Shown here: piece by piece, positions 62,402-64,000 of the stretch | Position numbering within the stretch: the first letter of the stretch is position 1 | Layout: every line of letters begins with the position of its first letter | Source: Escherichia coli | Lineage (GTDB): Bacteria; Pseudomonadota; Gammaproteobacteria; Enterobacterales; Enterobacteriaceae | NCBI RefSeq assembly: GCF_003334785.1 | Contig: NZ_QOWV01000008.1 | Direction: 5' to 3' (one strand) | Length of the DNA stretch: 64,000 bases | Notes under the pieces: model-generated | The model's database searches: none | The model's input: only the letters and a program-made list of their open reading frames with translations | Told to the model about the DNA's origin: nothing | Position numbers and translations under genes: made by a program

Positions 62402-63793
62402 ATGCTGGCTTTCTTAAACCAGGTTCGCAAGCCGACCCTGGACCTTCCGCTCGAAGTGCGGCGCAAAATGTGGTTCAAACCGTTCATGCAATCCTACCTG
62501 GTGGTCTTTATCGGCTACCTGACGATGTACCTGATTCGCAAGAACTTTAACATCGCGCAGAACGATATGATTTCGACCTACGGGTTGAGCATGACGCAGC
62601 TGGGGATGATCGGCCTGGGTTTCTCCATCACTTATGGCGTGGGTAAAACGCTGGTTTCCTACTACGCCGACGGCAAAAACACCAAACAATTCCTGCCGTT
62701 CATGCTGATCCTCTCTGCTATTTGTATGCTGGGCTTCAGTGCCAGTATGGGCAGCGGCTCGGTTAGCCTGTTCCTGATGATTGCCTTCTACGCCTTAAGC
62801 GGCTTTTTCCAGAGTACCGGCGGTTCGTGCAGTTACTCCACCATCACCAAATGGACGCCGCGTCGTAAACGCGGGACATTCCTCGGTTTCTGGAATATTT
62901 CTCACAACCTTGGCGGTGCAGGCGCAGCAGGTGTGGCGCTGTTCGGGGCAAATTACCTGTTCGATGGCCATGTCATCGGCATGTTTATCTTCCCGTCGAT
63001 TATCGCGCTGATTGTCGGTTTTATCGGCCTGCGTTACGGCAGCGACTCCCCGGAATCTTATGGCCTCGGCAAAGCTGAAGAACTGTTCGGCGAGGAGATC
63101 AGCGAAGAGGACAAAGAGACAGAATCTACCGATATGACCAAGTGGCAGATCTTTGTTGAGTATGTGCTGAAAAACAAAGTGATCTGGCTGCTGTGCTTCG
63201 CCAACATTTTCCTCTATGTGGTACGTATTGGTATCGACCAGTGGTCAACCGTATACGCGTTCCAGGAACTGAAACTCTCTAAAGCGGTGGCGATTCAGGG
63301 CTTTACGCTGTTTGAAGCTGGTGCGCTGGTCGGTACGCTGCTGTGGGGCTGGCTCTCTGACCTGGCGAACGGTCGCCGTGGCCTGGTGGCCTGCATCGCG
63401 CTGGCGCTGATTATCGCCACGCTCGGTGTGTATCAACATGCCAGTAACGAATATATCTATCTGGCTTCTCTCTTTGCGTTGGGTTTCCTGGTCTTTGGCC
63501 CGCAATTGTTGATTGGTGTGGCTGCTGTTGGCTTTGTACCTAAAAAAGCGATTGGCGCTGCCGATGGTATTAAAGGCACCTTTGCTTACCTGATTGGTGA
63601 CAGCTTTGCCAAGTTAGGTCTGGGAATGATTGCCGATGGGACGCCGGTATTCGGCCTTACCGGCTGGGCAGGCACCTTCGCCGCGCTGGATATCGCCGCG
63701 ATTGGTTGTATCTGCCTGATGGCGATAGTGGCGGTAATGGAAGAACGCAAAATCCGCCGCGAGAAAAAAATTCAGCAGTTGACAGTGGCATAA
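62402..63793 (+). CDS. uhpT: Hexose-6-phosphate:phosphate antiporter UhpT
   Basis: 463-aa ORF, paralogous to uhpC. Confidence 0.97.
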
Positions 63794-63811
63794 ACGTAAC
63801 TGGTGACTTTT

Positions 63812-63837
63812 GCCCGGCATGACGCCGGGCTTTTTTT
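63812..63837. terminator. Bidirectional intrinsic terminator between uhpT and ade
   Basis: gcccggcatgacgccgggc hairpin followed by T7. Confidence 0.7.
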
Positions 63838-63838
63838 A

Positions 63839-64000
63839 TTATTCCGTGACTTCCAGCGTAGTGAAGGCAAACTTCTCGCCATCAAATAGCCCCTGACTGG
63901 TTAGTTTTAGCGCGGGGATCACTGGCAGAGAAAGAAACGCCATCTGAATAAACGGCTCATCGGGTAACGGACCGCATTCACGGGCGGCGGCTTTCAAGGC
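63839..64000 (-). CDS. ade: Adenine deaminase Ade (YicP), C-terminal end only (5' part beyond window)
   Basis: Minus-strand frame open to the window edge, ending ...[13 protein letters not shown]; assignment from gene order and recalled C-terminus. Confidence 0.55.

Overview
This window reads as the Escherichia coli (K-12-like) chromosome around dnaA, in reverse orientation to the conventional map: pstC'-pstA-pstB-phoU, the cryptic bglGFBH operon, yieL-yieK, cbrCB, yieH, adeP, chrR, yieE, yidZ-mdtL, tnaCAB, mnmE-yidC-yidD-rnpA-rpmH, dnaA-dnaN-recF-gyrB, yidB-yidA-yidX, the dgoRKADT D-galactonate operon, cbrA, yidR, yidQ, ibpAB, yidE, yidP, glvCB-glvG', yidL-yidK-yidJ-yidI-yidH-yidG-yidF, emrD, tisB/istR, ivbL-ilvBN, uhpABCT and the 3' end of ade. 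oriC itself is not in the window. Gene identities come from recognising the translated ORFs; I could not run any search, so product names and expected lengths are from memory. I found no IS elements, prophage, CRISPR array, tRNA or rRNA, and no foreign insert that would constitute a new system. The most notable observations are two apparent lesions relative to an intact gene set: a -1 frameshift splitting dgoK, and a yidK-yidJ junction where the 3' end of the transporter and the 5' end of the sulfatase appear to be missing. Other points of interest are an intact-looking glvCB ORF beside a decayed glvG, the decayed sulfatase/maturase-like yidL-yidF locus, and well-preserved known regulatory RNA elements (bgl RAT/terminators, tnaC, ivbL attenuator, tisB/istR-1 with LexA box, ibpA sigma32 promoter).
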